Below, one piece after another: positions 39,920 through 51,701 of a stretch of DNA of 60,077 bases. The stretch is from assembly GCA_035465695.1 (NCBI GenBank), contig DATIVR010000123.1, forward strand, positions 1 to 60,077. Direction: 5' to 3'. Positions within the stretch are counted from its first letter, which is position 1, and every line of letters starts with the position of its first letter. Origin of the DNA: Gammaproteobacteria bacterium. GTDB lineage: Bacteria > Pseudomonadota > Gammaproteobacteria > Natronospirales > REEB76. Below the pieces are notes generated by a model. It did no database searches. It had not been told where the DNA came from and was given only the letters and a program-made list of their open reading frames with translations. The translations under genes were made by a program, and so were the position numbers.

Positions 39920-40135
39920 CGTGAAACCCCCGGGTATTCAAGCGCTTGGGATTGGAACCGCGGCGACCCCTTGATGTTACGGGGGGGAAGACACACCCAC
40001 CCCGCTTGAGGGGAGGTGATGGAACCTGGACAGACCATGGTTTAGTTATAGCTCAAAAAAGGTGGCGGACCAGTCTTGACGTGTCAGCTGTCAGGCGAGG
40101 ATGCTGATGAGAGTCTTCCGCGTCCTGCGCTCCAC

Positions 40136-40861
40136 TCACAGTCTGAAGTTCTCTCCCAGATACACCTGACGCACTTCCTGGTTCGCCAGGATGCTCTCCG
40201 GCCTTCCCTCGGCTATCACCTGGCCGGCATTGATGATGTAGGCACGGCTGCAGATCCCCAGGGTCTCACGCACGTTATGGTCCGTCACCAGCACGCCGAT
40301 GTTGCGCGACTTCAGATGTTCGATGATCCGCTGGATGTCGATCACCGAGATGGGATCGACGCCGGCGAAAGGCTCGTCCAGCAGCATGAAGGCGGGATCG
40401 GCGGCCAGCGCACGGGCTATCTCCACGCGGCGGCGTTCACCGCCTGACAGCGAGATCCCGAGACCGTCGCGGATATGGCTGATGTGGAGTTCCTCCAGCA
40501 GTTCCTCCAGGCGTCGCTTGCGGTCCTTGCCGGTCAGGTCGCCGCGGGTCTCGAGGATGGCGAGGATGTTGTCCTCCACGGTCAGCTTGCGGAATACCGA
40601 GGCTTCCTGGGGAAGATACCCAAGCCCCTGGCGCGCCCTGGCGTGAACCGGAAGTCTCGTGATGTCATTGCCGTTCAGCGTGATGCTGCCGCCATCGGCG
40701 GGCACCAGCCCCACGATCATGTAGAAGGATGTGGTCTTGCCGGCACCATTGGGGCCGAGCAATCCCACCACTTCACCTCGTTCCAGCCCCAACGACACGC
40801 CACGCACCACTTCGCGCCGGCGGTAGCGCTTGACGAGGTTCTCCGCGCGTAGCGTGCTCAT
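40136..40861 (-). CDS. lptB: LPS export ABC transporter ATP-binding protein
   Basis: 241 aa ([32 protein letters not shown]). Confidence 0.95.
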   Translation of the reverse strand: MSTLRAENLVKRYRRREVVRGVSLGLERGEVVGLLGPNGAGKTTSFYMIVGLVPADGGSITLNGNDITRLPVHARARQGLGYLPQEASVFRKLTVEDNILAILETRGDLTGKDRKRRLEELLEELHISHIRDGLGISLSGGERRRVEIARALAADPAFMLLDEPFAGVDPISVIDIQRIIEHLKSRNIGVLVTDHNVRETLGICSRAYIINAGQVIAEGRPESILANQEVRQVYLGENFRL

Positions 40862-41622
40862 CGAATCCGTCCGGGCGGGGTGGCGGCGGCCGGCGCCGGC
40901 GTGCTCGAGGGAGCGGGCGCCTGCGGCGCAGCCTTCAAAGTCACGGGCGCACGTGTCGCGTTGACAGGGGGGGCGATCAGGCTCTTCCTGCCGGTGACCG
41001 GTTTGGCCGCGGTGCCCGCCGCTGGAGCCACGATCTTCGGCGGGAAACTCACGTGCACCCGCTGGCTTTCGTCTCCGGACTTGGCAATCACGTGCTGGGT
41101 GTCGGTGTTGTAGCGGATGATGTCCGCGGTCATGAGTCGTTCGCCCGGCGGGCTCACGATCGCCGTCGGGGCGCCGGGCGCCAGGATCGCCTGATGTCCC
41201 GAGGGCACCTGGGGCACGGCCTGGGTCAGACTTGCGCGGGTCATGAGCACGATCTCATTGGTGGAGGCGTTGTAGGTGATCTCCTGGGCATTGCCTTGCA
41301 TCATCTCGCCGTTATCCGGTTGCTGTTGGAAGGTGGCGGGATCGCCGGTGAGGTCGGCACTGCTGAGGTCATTATTGACCACGCGCAGCACAGCCTTGTC
41401 CGCCTGCAGCACGATGCTGCCCTGCGTGATGACCACATGGCCGGTGTAGATACCGGTGCCGTTGCTCGCGTTCTTGGGGTCCGCCTTGAAATCGCCGTGA
41501 TCGGCATGGATGTTGATGGGCTGGTTCTTGTCGCTGCTGAGGGCCCAGGCGCTGCTGGCCGCCAGCAGTGCACACAGGCAGACCAGCAGGACCGGTTCAG
41601 GGCTTGCGCGGCGCGGGGACAT
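40858..41622 (-). CDS. lptA: LPS transport periplasmic protein LptA with Pro/Ala-rich C-terminal extension
   Basis: Signal peptide from ATG 41622 ([27 protein letters not shown]). OstA-like core ([28 protein letters not shown]). Located between lptC and lptB. Confidence 0.8.
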   Translation of the reverse strand: MSPRRASPEPVLLVCLCALLAASSAWALSSDKNQPINIHADHGDFKADPKNASNGTGIYTGHVVITQGSIVLQADKAVLRVVNNDLSSADLTGDPATFQQQPDNGEMMQGNAQEITYNASTNEIVLMTRASLTQAVPQVPSGHQAILAPGAPTAIVSPPGERLMTADIIRYNTDTQHVIAKSGDESQRVHVSFPPKIVAPAAGTAAKPVTGRKSLIAPPVNATRAPVTLKAAPQAPAPSSTPAPAAATPPGRIR

Positions 41623-42172
41623 AGAGGCCTTTGACGTTGGTGCGGAGCACCATGCGATTATCCTGCATGTAGCCGTCCATGCCGATACCATCGGTGCGGC
41701 TGCTGCCCTTGGTCATGGTCACCGGGTCGTCGGTCTGCGCCACGTTGGTGTCCAGGTTCACCATCATATGTTCGGTGTCGATCACCAGGGGCGGCCCGCC
41801 GGCCTGGTCCGGATGGGTGATGCGCACGTGGCCGTCCAGGTAGACCAGATGTGCGCCGCTGGGTTCCAGGCCATGGTCCGCCTGGGCATACCATGGGAGA
41901 CCGCCCTTGATGAAGTACCGCATCCTAGGATCGAAGGCCTCCACGCTGTCATCGTCAGGGTGATGGATGATGCGCGGCGATATCAGCTCTGATTGTGGCT
42001 TGCCGTCGCCGTTCAGGCTGGTGACGGTGGCATCCAGGAAGTAATAGTCCGGCGTATGAGTCTTGGGTTGTGTCACCCGCAGGCCCTGCACCCCGGCCTC
42101 GCCCAGCAGCCAGAAGGTGGCGACGGCGGCAGCGCCGAGTACCAGCACCAGTACCAGCCACTTCAGGTTCAC
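41597..42172 (-). CDS. lptC: LPS export system protein LptC
   Basis: The GTG start overlaps the kdsC TGA (GTGA). N-terminal TM NLKWLVLVLVLGAAAVATFWLL. Position and size (191 aa) fit LptC. Confidence 0.72.
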   Translation of the reverse strand: MNLKWLVLVLVLGAAAVATFWLLGEAGVQGLRVTQPKTHTPDYYFLDATVTSLNGDGKPQSELISPRIIHHPDDDSVEAFDPRMRYFIKGGLPWYAQADHGLEPSGAHLVYLDGHVRITHPDQAGGPPLVIDTEHMMVNLDTNVAQTDDPVTMTKGSSRTDGIGMDGYMQDNRMVLRTNVKGLYVPAPRKP

Positions 42173-42657
42173 GTCCGCGCTTCCAGGATCAAGTCGCAGA
42201 TCTCGCGGACCGCTCCCAGTCCGCCCTGAGCGGAGGTGACATGGTGTGCGACAGCCTTGATCTGCGGTCGCGCATTGTGCACGGCGATGGCGAGCCCCGC
42301 GTGGTCGAGCAGCGGCAGGTCCGGCAGGTCGTCGCCGACGCAAGCGACCTGTTCGAGCGTCAGATCGAGTTTCTTCAGCAACCGTTCCAGGAGTGGCAGC
42401 TTATGCTCATCACCCTGGAAGACGTGTTCGATGCCGAGGTCCTGCATGCGCCGGGTCACCGCGGCGGAATCGCGCCCGGAGATGATGGCCACCTTCACAC
42501 CGGCTTTCAGCAAGCGTTTGATTCCGTATCCGTCCTGGACGTGGAAGACCTTGAGTTCTTCACCGCCGGCGCCGTAGTAGAGACGGCCGTCGGTAAGCGT
42601 GCCATCCACATCGAACACCACCAGCTTCACGCGGGCGGCGCGCTGCTTCACATCCAT
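42169..42657 (-). CDS. kdsC: 3-deoxy-D-manno-octulosonate 8-phosphate phosphatase
   Basis: 162 aa, HAD-type (LVVFDVDGTLTDG, GDDLPDLP). Confidence 0.9.
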   Translation of the reverse strand: MDVKQRAARVKLVVFDVDGTLTDGRLYYGAGGEELKVFHVQDGYGIKRLLKAGVKVAIISGRDSAAVTRRMQDLGIEHVFQGDEHKLPLLERLLKKLDLTLEQVACVGDDLPDLPLLDHAGLAIAVHNARPQIKAVAHHVTSAQGGLGAVREICDLILEART

Positions 42658-43635
42658 CTAGACGATGCCTGCTCTGAGTAAGTCGTGCATGTTGAGGGCA
42701 CCCACGAGCCTCCGATCCCTGTCCACCACCAGCAGGCCGTTGAACTTGCGGCTCTCCAATATATGCAGTGCTTCTCCGGCCAGCATGCCGGGGCCGGCGG
42801 TGGTGCAATCGCGGGTCATGACGTCGTCGATCCTGGCCTTGTGCACGTCGACCTGCTTGTCCAGCGTCCGGCGCAGGTCTCCATCCGTGAATATCCCCGC
42901 GACGCGTCCATCGGTGTCAACGATCGCCGTCATGCCGAGACCCTTACGGGTCATCTCCATCAAGGCTTGGCTCAAGGATGTCCCCAGCGGCACGCTGGGG
43001 ATGCGTTCACCCCTGTGCATCACGTCGTCCACGGTCAGCAGCAGCCGGCGGCCGAGGCTGCCGCCCGGATGAGAACGGGCGAAGTCCTCGTGGGTGAAGC
43101 CGCGCATGGACAGCACGGCCATGGCCAGGGCGTCGCCCATGGCCAGCGCCGCCGTGGTGCTGGCGGTGGGCGCCAGATTAAGCGGGTCCGCCTCGCGGGC
43201 CACGCTCACGTCCAGATGCACGTCGGCGGTCTTGGCCAGGCTCGAACCGGGTTTGCCGGTGAGTGCGATGAGCTTCACTCCCAGGCGTTTGATCAGGGGC
43301 AGGATGGTCACGAGTTCGCTGGTCTCACCGGAGTTGGAGAGCGCCAGCACCAGGTCTTCGCCGGTGATCATGCCGAGATCGCCATGGCTGGCCTCGCCCG
43401 GATGCACGAAGAAAGCCGGCGTGCCAGTGGATGCCAGAGTGGCGGCGATCTTGCCCGCCACATGGCCACTCTTGCCCATGCCTGTGACCACCACCCGGCC
43501 GCGGCAGGCAAGCAGCAGGCGACAGGCCTCGCTGAAGGCGCCATCGAGCCGGGCCACGAGCGCCGTGATGGCGCTGGCTTCGGTCTCCAGCACCTCCCGG
43601 GCCAGGCGGGTGAGTGCGGCCGGATCGGCAGTCAT
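42658..43635 (-). CDS. kdsD: arabinose-5-phosphate isomerase
   Basis: From ATG 43635: a SIS domain (GRVVVTGMGKSGHV) plus tandem CBS domains. The upstream extension in the track is discarded. Confidence 0.9.
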   Translation of the reverse strand: MTADPAALTRLAREVLETEASAITALVARLDGAFSEACRLLLACRGRVVVTGMGKSGHVAGKIAATLASTGTPAFFVHPGEASHGDLGMITGEDLVLALSNSGETSELVTILPLIKRLGVKLIALTGKPGSSLAKTADVHLDVSVAREADPLNLAPTASTTAALAMGDALAMAVLSMRGFTHEDFARSHPGGSLGRRLLLTVDDVMHRGERIPSVPLGTSLSQALMEMTRKGLGMTAIVDTDGRVAGIFTDGDLRRTLDKQVDVHKARIDDVMTRDCTTAGPGMLAGEALHILESRKFNGLLVVDRDRRLVGALNMHDLLRAGIV

Positions 43636-43781
43636 TCGGGATAGGCCGTATCTATGGAAACAGCCTGCAATGATACACGCTGGTAGCCCGGTCCCGCCCC
43701 AGGACCAGCCGTCCGGCGCGGGTTTTCGCGTATCATTCCAGCCCAACGACACGCGCCTCCCGGCACTACCTGGCGACCACC

Positions 43782-46415
<2,634 letters not shown>

Positions 46416-46574
46416 ACGCTAACACGCAAGACGCCTTGCCGCTGGCGAGGCCGCGAAGCCGCTGTGTATAATGCGCCGATATTTTTGGCCGTTTTCCACC
46501 CATAGAGGTGGGCCTAGGGGCCGCAAGGGCCCCATGGAACTGGCCACACCTCAGACCTTCAGGAGACGGGGTAC

Positions 46575-47165
46575 ATGAGCGACGAGATCGACCAGAGCCG
46601 GCGTCATTTTCTGACGGTGGCGACCGTGGTGGTCGGGGCAGTGGGTGCGGTGATGGCGGCAGTGCCGTTCGTCTCCTCCATGGAACCCAGCGCCCGGGCC
46701 AAGGCCCTCGGCGGACCCGTGGATATCGATGTCAGCAAGATCGAGCCGGGCGCCCAGATCAAGACCAAGTGGCGCGGCAAACCCACCTGGGTGGTGCAGC
46801 GCGGCCAGGAGGCCGTGGCCAACCTCAAGAAGCTGGACGCGCGCCTGCGCGACCCGGACTCCAAGGAAGACCAGCAGCCCAAGTACTGCAAGAACGAGTA
46901 CCGTTCCGTGAAGCCGGAACTGTTCGTGGTGGTGGGCATCTGCACCCATCTCGGCTGCTCGCCGCTCTACAAGCCCACTCCCAACGACCCCGAGGTCAGC
47001 ATGGATTGGCCCGGCGGCTTCTTCTGCCCTTGCCACGGCTCCAAGTACGACCTGGCAGGCCGTGTGTTCAAGGGTGTGCCGGCGCCGCTCAACCTGCAGG
47101 TGCCGCCTTACAAGTTCGTTTCCGACGCGGTGATCCGCGTGGGTGAAGACCAGGGAGCCGCGTGA
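46575..47165 (+). CDS. petA: ubiquinol-cytochrome c reductase iron-sulfur subunit
   Basis: Tat-like N-terminus (SRRHFL) and Rieske boxes CTHLGCSP and CPCHGSKYD. Confidence 0.92.
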   Translation: MSDEIDQSRRHFLTVATVVVGAVGAVMAAVPFVSSMEPSARAKALGGPVDIDVSKIEPGAQIKTKWRGKPTWVVQRGQEAVANLKKLDARLRDPDSKEDQQPKYCKNEYRSVKPELFVVVGICTHLGCSPLYKPTPNDPEVSMDWPGGFFCPCHGSKYDLAGRVFKGVPAPLNLQVPPYKFVSDAVIRVGEDQGAA

Positions 47166-48619
47166 TGGCCAAGATCACCAGCGAAGACAATGACCGCGAT
47201 CTGATCGACGTCACCGGCGGCTGGCTCGCCGGGCTGCGCGACTGGATCGACGAGCGTTTCCCCATGACGGAGTTCTGGGAGAAGCATGTCTCCCAGTACT
47301 ACGCGCCCAAGAACTTCAACTTCTGGTATTTCTTCGGTTCCATCGCCGCCTTGATGCTGGTGAACCAGATCCTCACCGGCATCTTCCTGGCCATGAACTA
47401 CAAGCCGGATGCGAACGAAGCCTTCGCGTCCGTCGAGTACATCATGCGCGACGTGAACTGGGGCTGGCTGATCCGCTACATGCATTCGGTCGGCGCCTCC
47501 ATGTTCTTCGCGGTGGTCTACCTGCACATGTTCCGTGGCGTGATGTACGGCTCATATAAGAAGCCGCGCGAACTGCTGTGGATCTTCGGCGCACTGATCT
47601 ATCTGGCGCTGATGGCGGAAGCCTTCATGGGCTACCTGTTGCCCTGGGGCCAGATGTCCTATTGGGGCGCCCAGGTGATCATCTCGCTGTTCGGCGCCAT
47701 CCCGGTGATCGGCGACGGCCTGTCGCAGTGGATCCGCGGTGACTTCACCATCTCCGACATCACCCTCAACCGCTTCTTCGCCTTGCACGTGGTGGCGGTG
47801 CCGCTGGTGTTGATCGGTTTGGTGGTCTTCCACCTGATCGCGCTACACGAGGTGGGTTCCAACAACCCCGACGGCATCGAGATCAAGAAGAACAAGGACA
47901 AGAACGGTATCCCGGTGGACGGCATCCCGTTCCATCCGTACTACACCGTGAAGGACATCGTCGGTGTCACGGTATTCGCCGCGATCTTCGCCGGCATCGT
48001 GTTCTTCGCGCCGGGCCTTCACGGCATGTTCCTCGAGCCTGCCAACTTCGAGCCGGCCAACGCGCTCAAGACCCCGGATGACATCCATCCGCTGTGGTAC
48101 TTCGGCCCGTTCTACGCCATCCTGCGCTCCATTCCGGACAAGCTGACCGGCGTGGTCACCATGGGTGCGGCGATCCTGATGTTGTTCCTGCTGCCCTGGA
48201 TCGACAAGAATCCGATCAAGTCGTTGCGTTACCGCGGCGTGCTCTATCGCCGCCTGGTGATCGTGTTCGGCCTGACTTTCCTGGTGCTGGGTTACATAGG
48301 CATGCAGGCGGCTTCGCCGGTCTACGCGCAGATCGGCCAGCGCTTCGCTGAACTCTATTTCCTGTTCTTCGTGACCTCCTGGCTGTATTCCATGCCCCGC
48401 AGCAAGGGGTTCCTGGTAGGGACGTTCGTGGTGGTGATGGTGATCATCAGCATCTTCGACGCCATCGGCTGGGATCCCTCCGAAGCGCAACTCAAGCTGT
48501 ATTCCTGGCTGATACCCGGCGTATACAGCGCGGTGTTCATGTTGCTGCCGGCGTTCTTCCCCAGGACGAATCAGCCGGAGCCGGTGCCGGAGCGGGTGAC
48601 GGGCGGGAGGAGCCACTGA
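47162..48619 (+). CDS. petB: cytochrome b (bc1 complex), with C-terminal extension
   Basis: 485 aa. Haem-ligand contexts (RYMHSVGASMFF, ALHVVAVP) and the PEWY-equivalent region. Overlaps the petA stop by 4 nt. Confidence 0.92.
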   Translation: MMAKITSEDNDRDLIDVTGGWLAGLRDWIDERFPMTEFWEKHVSQYYAPKNFNFWYFFGSIAALMLVNQILTGIFLAMNYKPDANEAFASVEYIMRDVNWGWLIRYMHSVGASMFFAVVYLHMFRGVMYGSYKKPRELLWIFGALIYLALMAEAFMGYLLPWGQMSYWGAQVIISLFGAIPVIGDGLSQWIRGDFTISDITLNRFFALHVVAVPLVLIGLVVFHLIALHEVGSNNPDGIEIKKNKDKNGIPVDGIPFHPYYTVKDIVGVTVFAAIFAGIVFFAPGLHGMFLEPANFEPANALKTPDDIHPLWYFGPFYAILRSIPDKLTGVVTMGAAILMLFLLPWIDKNPIKSLRYRGVLYRRLVIVFGLTFLVLGYIGMQAASPVYAQIGQRFAELYFLFFVTSWLYSMPRSKGFLVGTFVVVMVIISIFDAIGWDPSEAQLKLYSWLIPGVYSAVFMLLPAFFPRTNQPEPVPERVTGGRSH

Positions 48620-48620
48620 C

Positions 48621-49352
48621 ATGAAGAAGCTAATCATCCTCGCCCTGCTGGCCGTGGCGCCGCTGGCGGCATCCGCCGAAGAGACCGGCATGGTCCCGGT
48701 GAACGTGGACATCAGCAACACCGCCTCGGTGCAGCGTGGCGCCAAGTACTTCGTCAACTACTGCATGGGCTGCCATTCGGCGCATTACGTGCGCTACAAC
48801 CGCCTGGGCGCGGATCTGGGCCTCAGCGACACGGAGCTGGAGAACTACCTGATGCCGGCGGGCGCCAAGCTCTCCGACACCATGGATAGCGCCATGCCGG
48901 CCTCGGACTCCGAGAAGTGGTTCGGCCGCACGCCGCCGGATCTCTCGCTGGAAGCGCGCAGCCGCGGCACTGACTGGATCTACAACTACCTGCGCTCCTT
49001 CTATGTCGACCCGAAGGCCGCCACCGGCGCCAATAACCTGGTGCTGCCGAATGCCGCCATGCCCGACGTGCTATGGGAGTTGCAAGGTCTGCAGAGGCCT
49101 GTCTACAAGTCCGACCAGGACAGCGCGGGCGGTGCCAAGACCTTCGACCACTTCGAGCAGGTCTCGCAGGGCAAGCTCACGCCTGAGCAGTTCGACCAGG
49201 TGGACTATGACATCACCAACTTCCTTAGCTACATCGGCGAGCCGGTGCAGCTGGAGCGCCGCGACCTGGGGCTCAAGGTGATCGGTTTCCTGATCCTGTT
49301 CTTCCTGTTCGCCTACATGCTGAAGCGCGAGATCTGGAAGGACGTCCACTGA
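48621..49352 (+). CDS. petC: cytochrome c1
   Basis: Signal peptide, CMGCHS haem motif and a C-terminal TM anchor. Confidence 0.88.
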   Translation: MKKLIILALLAVAPLAASAEETGMVPVNVDISNTASVQRGAKYFVNYCMGCHSAHYVRYNRLGADLGLSDTELENYLMPAGAKLSDTMDSAMPASDSEKWFGRTPPDLSLEARSRGTDWIYNYLRSFYVDPKAATGANNLVLPNAAMPDVLWELQGLQRPVYKSDQDSAGGAKTFDHFEQVSQGKLTPEQFDQVDYDITNFLSYIGEPVQLERRDLGLKVIGFLILFFLFAYMLKREIWKDVH

Positions 49353-49411
49353 ACCTTCGGTGCCGGACGGCGAGGGAGCCGTCCGGCGCATCACCCGCCT
49401 AGGGGTCCGCC

Positions 49412-50014
49412 ATGACGCTCTACTCAAGACCTGCCTGTCCCCATTCCCACCGTGTGCGCCTGGTGCTGGCGGAGAAGGGCATCGCCATGGACGTGGTGAA
49501 CGTGGAGGGCAGCAAGCTCCCCGAGGACCTGCTGGATCTGAACCCGTACAACAGCGTGCCTACGCTGGTGGACCGGGAGCTGGTGCTGTACGACCCTCGC
49601 ATCATCATGGAATACCTGGAAGAGCGCTTCCCGCACCCGCCGCTCATGCCCGTGGACCCCGTCACGCGGGCGCGTTTCCGGCTGGCACTGTTCCGGGTGG
49701 AGAGGGACTGGTACACGCTGGTGGACGAGATCGAGCAGTCCCCCGCCAAGCCGCATGCCCGCGCCAAGAAGATGCTGCGCGAGAGCCTGTTGGCAGCCTC
49801 CGATGCCTTCTCGGCTAAACCGTATTTCCTCAGCGATGAGTTCTCGCTGGTGGACTGCTCCATCGCGCCGATCCTGTGGCGCCTGAACAAGTATGAGGTC
49901 GAGCTTCCGGCCCAGGCCAAGGGCATCCACAAGTACGCGGAACGCCTGTTCAACCGCCCGGCATTCAAGCTCAGTCTTACTGACATCGAACGCGAGATGC
50001 GTCCGTCCCCGTAG
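49412..50014 (+). CDS. sspA: stringent starvation protein A
   Basis: 200 aa, GST-like (MTLYSRPACPHSHRVRLVLAEKG), followed by sspB. Confidence 0.9.
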   Translation: MTLYSRPACPHSHRVRLVLAEKGIAMDVVNVEGSKLPEDLLDLNPYNSVPTLVDRELVLYDPRIIMEYLEERFPHPPLMPVDPVTRARFRLALFRVERDWYTLVDEIEQSPAKPHARAKKMLRESLLAASDAFSAKPYFLSDEFSLVDCSIAPILWRLNKYEVELPAQAKGIHKYAERLFNRPAFKLSLTDIEREMRPSP

Positions 50015-50146
50015 GGGCAGGGTTGCCGTCGGAAGATCCGCTGTTTCCGGGTCGTGGGCCCTGTTACACGAGTGACACATGAGTGTCGGCGCGGGCTCCC
50101 GGCCACTGACTGCAGCCCGCGGCGCTTTATCTTAGAATCCTTACCC

Positions 50147-50551
50147 ATGCTCTCCCGGAAGCCCTATTTCCTGCGCGCCATGCACCAATGGATCGTGGAC
50201 AGCCGTTCCACGCCGTACATGGTGGTGGATGTGAACGCCGGTGGGGTCGAGATCCCTCCCGGTTACGCGCAGGACGGCAAGCTGGTCCTCAACATCAGCT
50301 ATGAGGCCACCAACGGTCTCGAGTTGGGCCCGGAGTTTGTCTCCTTCGATGCCCGCTTCGGCGGGGTGTCGCGCCATGTGCGGGTGCCCATGGCAGCGAT
50401 CCTGGCGGTCTACGCCCATGAGAGCGGCCAAGGCATGCTGTTCGACGCCGAGGGAGATCCCCAGACTGCGGGTCCGGCCGGCAACCTGCCGGAGGGCGAT
50501 GGGCCGAAGCCCAGTCCCGGCAAGAAGCCGACCCTGAAGGTCATAAAATAA
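50147..50551 (+). CDS. sspB: ClpXP adaptor SspB
   Basis: From ATG 50147: MLSRKPYFLRAMHQWIVDSRSTPYMVVDV. Ends with the ClpX-binding-like tail PTLKVIK. Confidence 0.85.
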   Translation: MLSRKPYFLRAMHQWIVDSRSTPYMVVDVNAGGVEIPPGYAQDGKLVLNISYEATNGLELGPEFVSFDARFGGVSRHVRVPMAAILAVYAHESGQGMLFDAEGDPQTAGPAGNLPEGDGPKPSPGKKPTLKVIK

Positions 50552-50574
50552 TTCCGGGTTTGCGGGAGAGCGCC

Positions 50575-51066
50575 ATGCCGGATCGCAACCGTCTCTCCCG
50601 TCTGGTCCACAAATTCGATTCTTACCCGGCCGGCCTGCGCCGCTTCCTCATCACCTGGGCCTTCGGCGGCACCGTGCACTTCGTGCGCACCGCCGGCGTG
50701 AAGTTCCAGGAGTTGACGGAGGAGCGCGCGGTACTGACCCTGGCCAATCGCCGCAAGGTGCAGAACCACATCGGCACGGTGCATGCCGCGGCGGTCGCGC
50801 TCATCGGCGAGACCGCCACTGGCGCCGTGTTCGGGATGAACGTGCCGGACGACAGACTACCCATCCTGAAGAGCATGCGCATCGACTACACCAGGAAGTC
50901 GCAGGGTGCGTTGCGCGCGGAGGCCTGGCTCGGTCCTGAGCAGCGGGCAGGTTTCGCCCGGGAGGAGAGGGGCGACATCGCCATCCCGGTGAGGATCACC
51001 GACGAGACAGGCGAGCCGACGGTCGAAGCCGAATACATCTGGGCTTGGAGAGCCAGGAAGAAGTGA
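50575..51066 (+). CDS. hotdog-fold protein (DUF4442/PaaI-like)
   Basis: ATG 50575 lies 4 nt after GGGAGAG. The pattern NHIGTVHAAAVALIGETATG is typical of PaaI/DUF4442 hotdog proteins. Family assignment is from memory only. Confidence 0.55.
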   Translation: MPDRNRLSRLVHKFDSYPAGLRRFLITWAFGGTVHFVRTAGVKFQELTEERAVLTLANRRKVQNHIGTVHAAAVALIGETATGAVFGMNVPDDRLPILKSMRIDYTRKSQGALRAEAWLGPEQRAGFAREERGDIAIPVRITDETGEPTVEAEYIWAWRARKK

Positions 51067-51557
51067 TCGAGGTACTCCAGGCGGACATCACGCGGCTCGA
51101 CGTGGATGTCGTGGTCAACGCCGCCAACGAGGGCCTGTTGGGTGGCGGGGGAGTGGATGGCGCCATCCACCGGGCGGCGGGACCGGAACTGCTGGAGGCC
51201 TGCCGCAGGCTCGGTCCCTGTCCTACCGGTGAGGCCCGCATAACCCCGGGATTCCGGCTCAGAGCCCGCTGGATAGTGCACACGCCGGGCCCCGTGTGGA
51301 GGGGCGGCGCGCTCGGGGAGCCGCAGCTCCTGGAGGGTTGCTACCGCAACAGCTTTGCACTGGCGAAGGGCAACGCGGCTCGATCGATCGCTTTTCCCTG
51401 CATCAGCACCGGCATCTACGGATATCCCAAGCCATCCGCGGCGGCGATCGCGTGGCGCGTGATGCAAGACTGGTCTTCCGATTTTCCACGCATCGTCGCC
51501 TGTTGTTTCAGCGCCGAGGACGTGGAGATTTATCGTCACTTCGCCATACGGGGCTGA
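51063..51557 (+). CDS. macro-domain protein (O-acetyl-ADP-ribose deacetylase, YmdB-like)
   Basis: The GTG at 51063 overlaps the upstream TGA (GTGA). Sequence IEVLQADITRLDVDVVVNAANEGLLGGGGVDGAIHRAAG. Confidence 0.85.
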   Translation: MIEVLQADITRLDVDVVVNAANEGLLGGGGVDGAIHRAAGPELLEACRRLGPCPTGEARITPGFRLRARWIVHTPGPVWRGGALGEPQLLEGCYRNSFALAKGNAARSIAFPCISTGIYGYPKPSAAAIAWRVMQDWSSDFPRIVACCFSAEDVEIYRHFAIRG

Positions 51558-51701
51558 GTGCCGACGCGACGACGAGCGTCGACTGCACCTCGGATCTGTC
51601 AACAATGTACGCCGTCCCGAGACAGTGATATATATACTGAATTCCGTGGGTAAGGGCGTGGGAACTCTTGGCGTGCCTCGCATGGCCCAGAGGGATATGT
51701 G

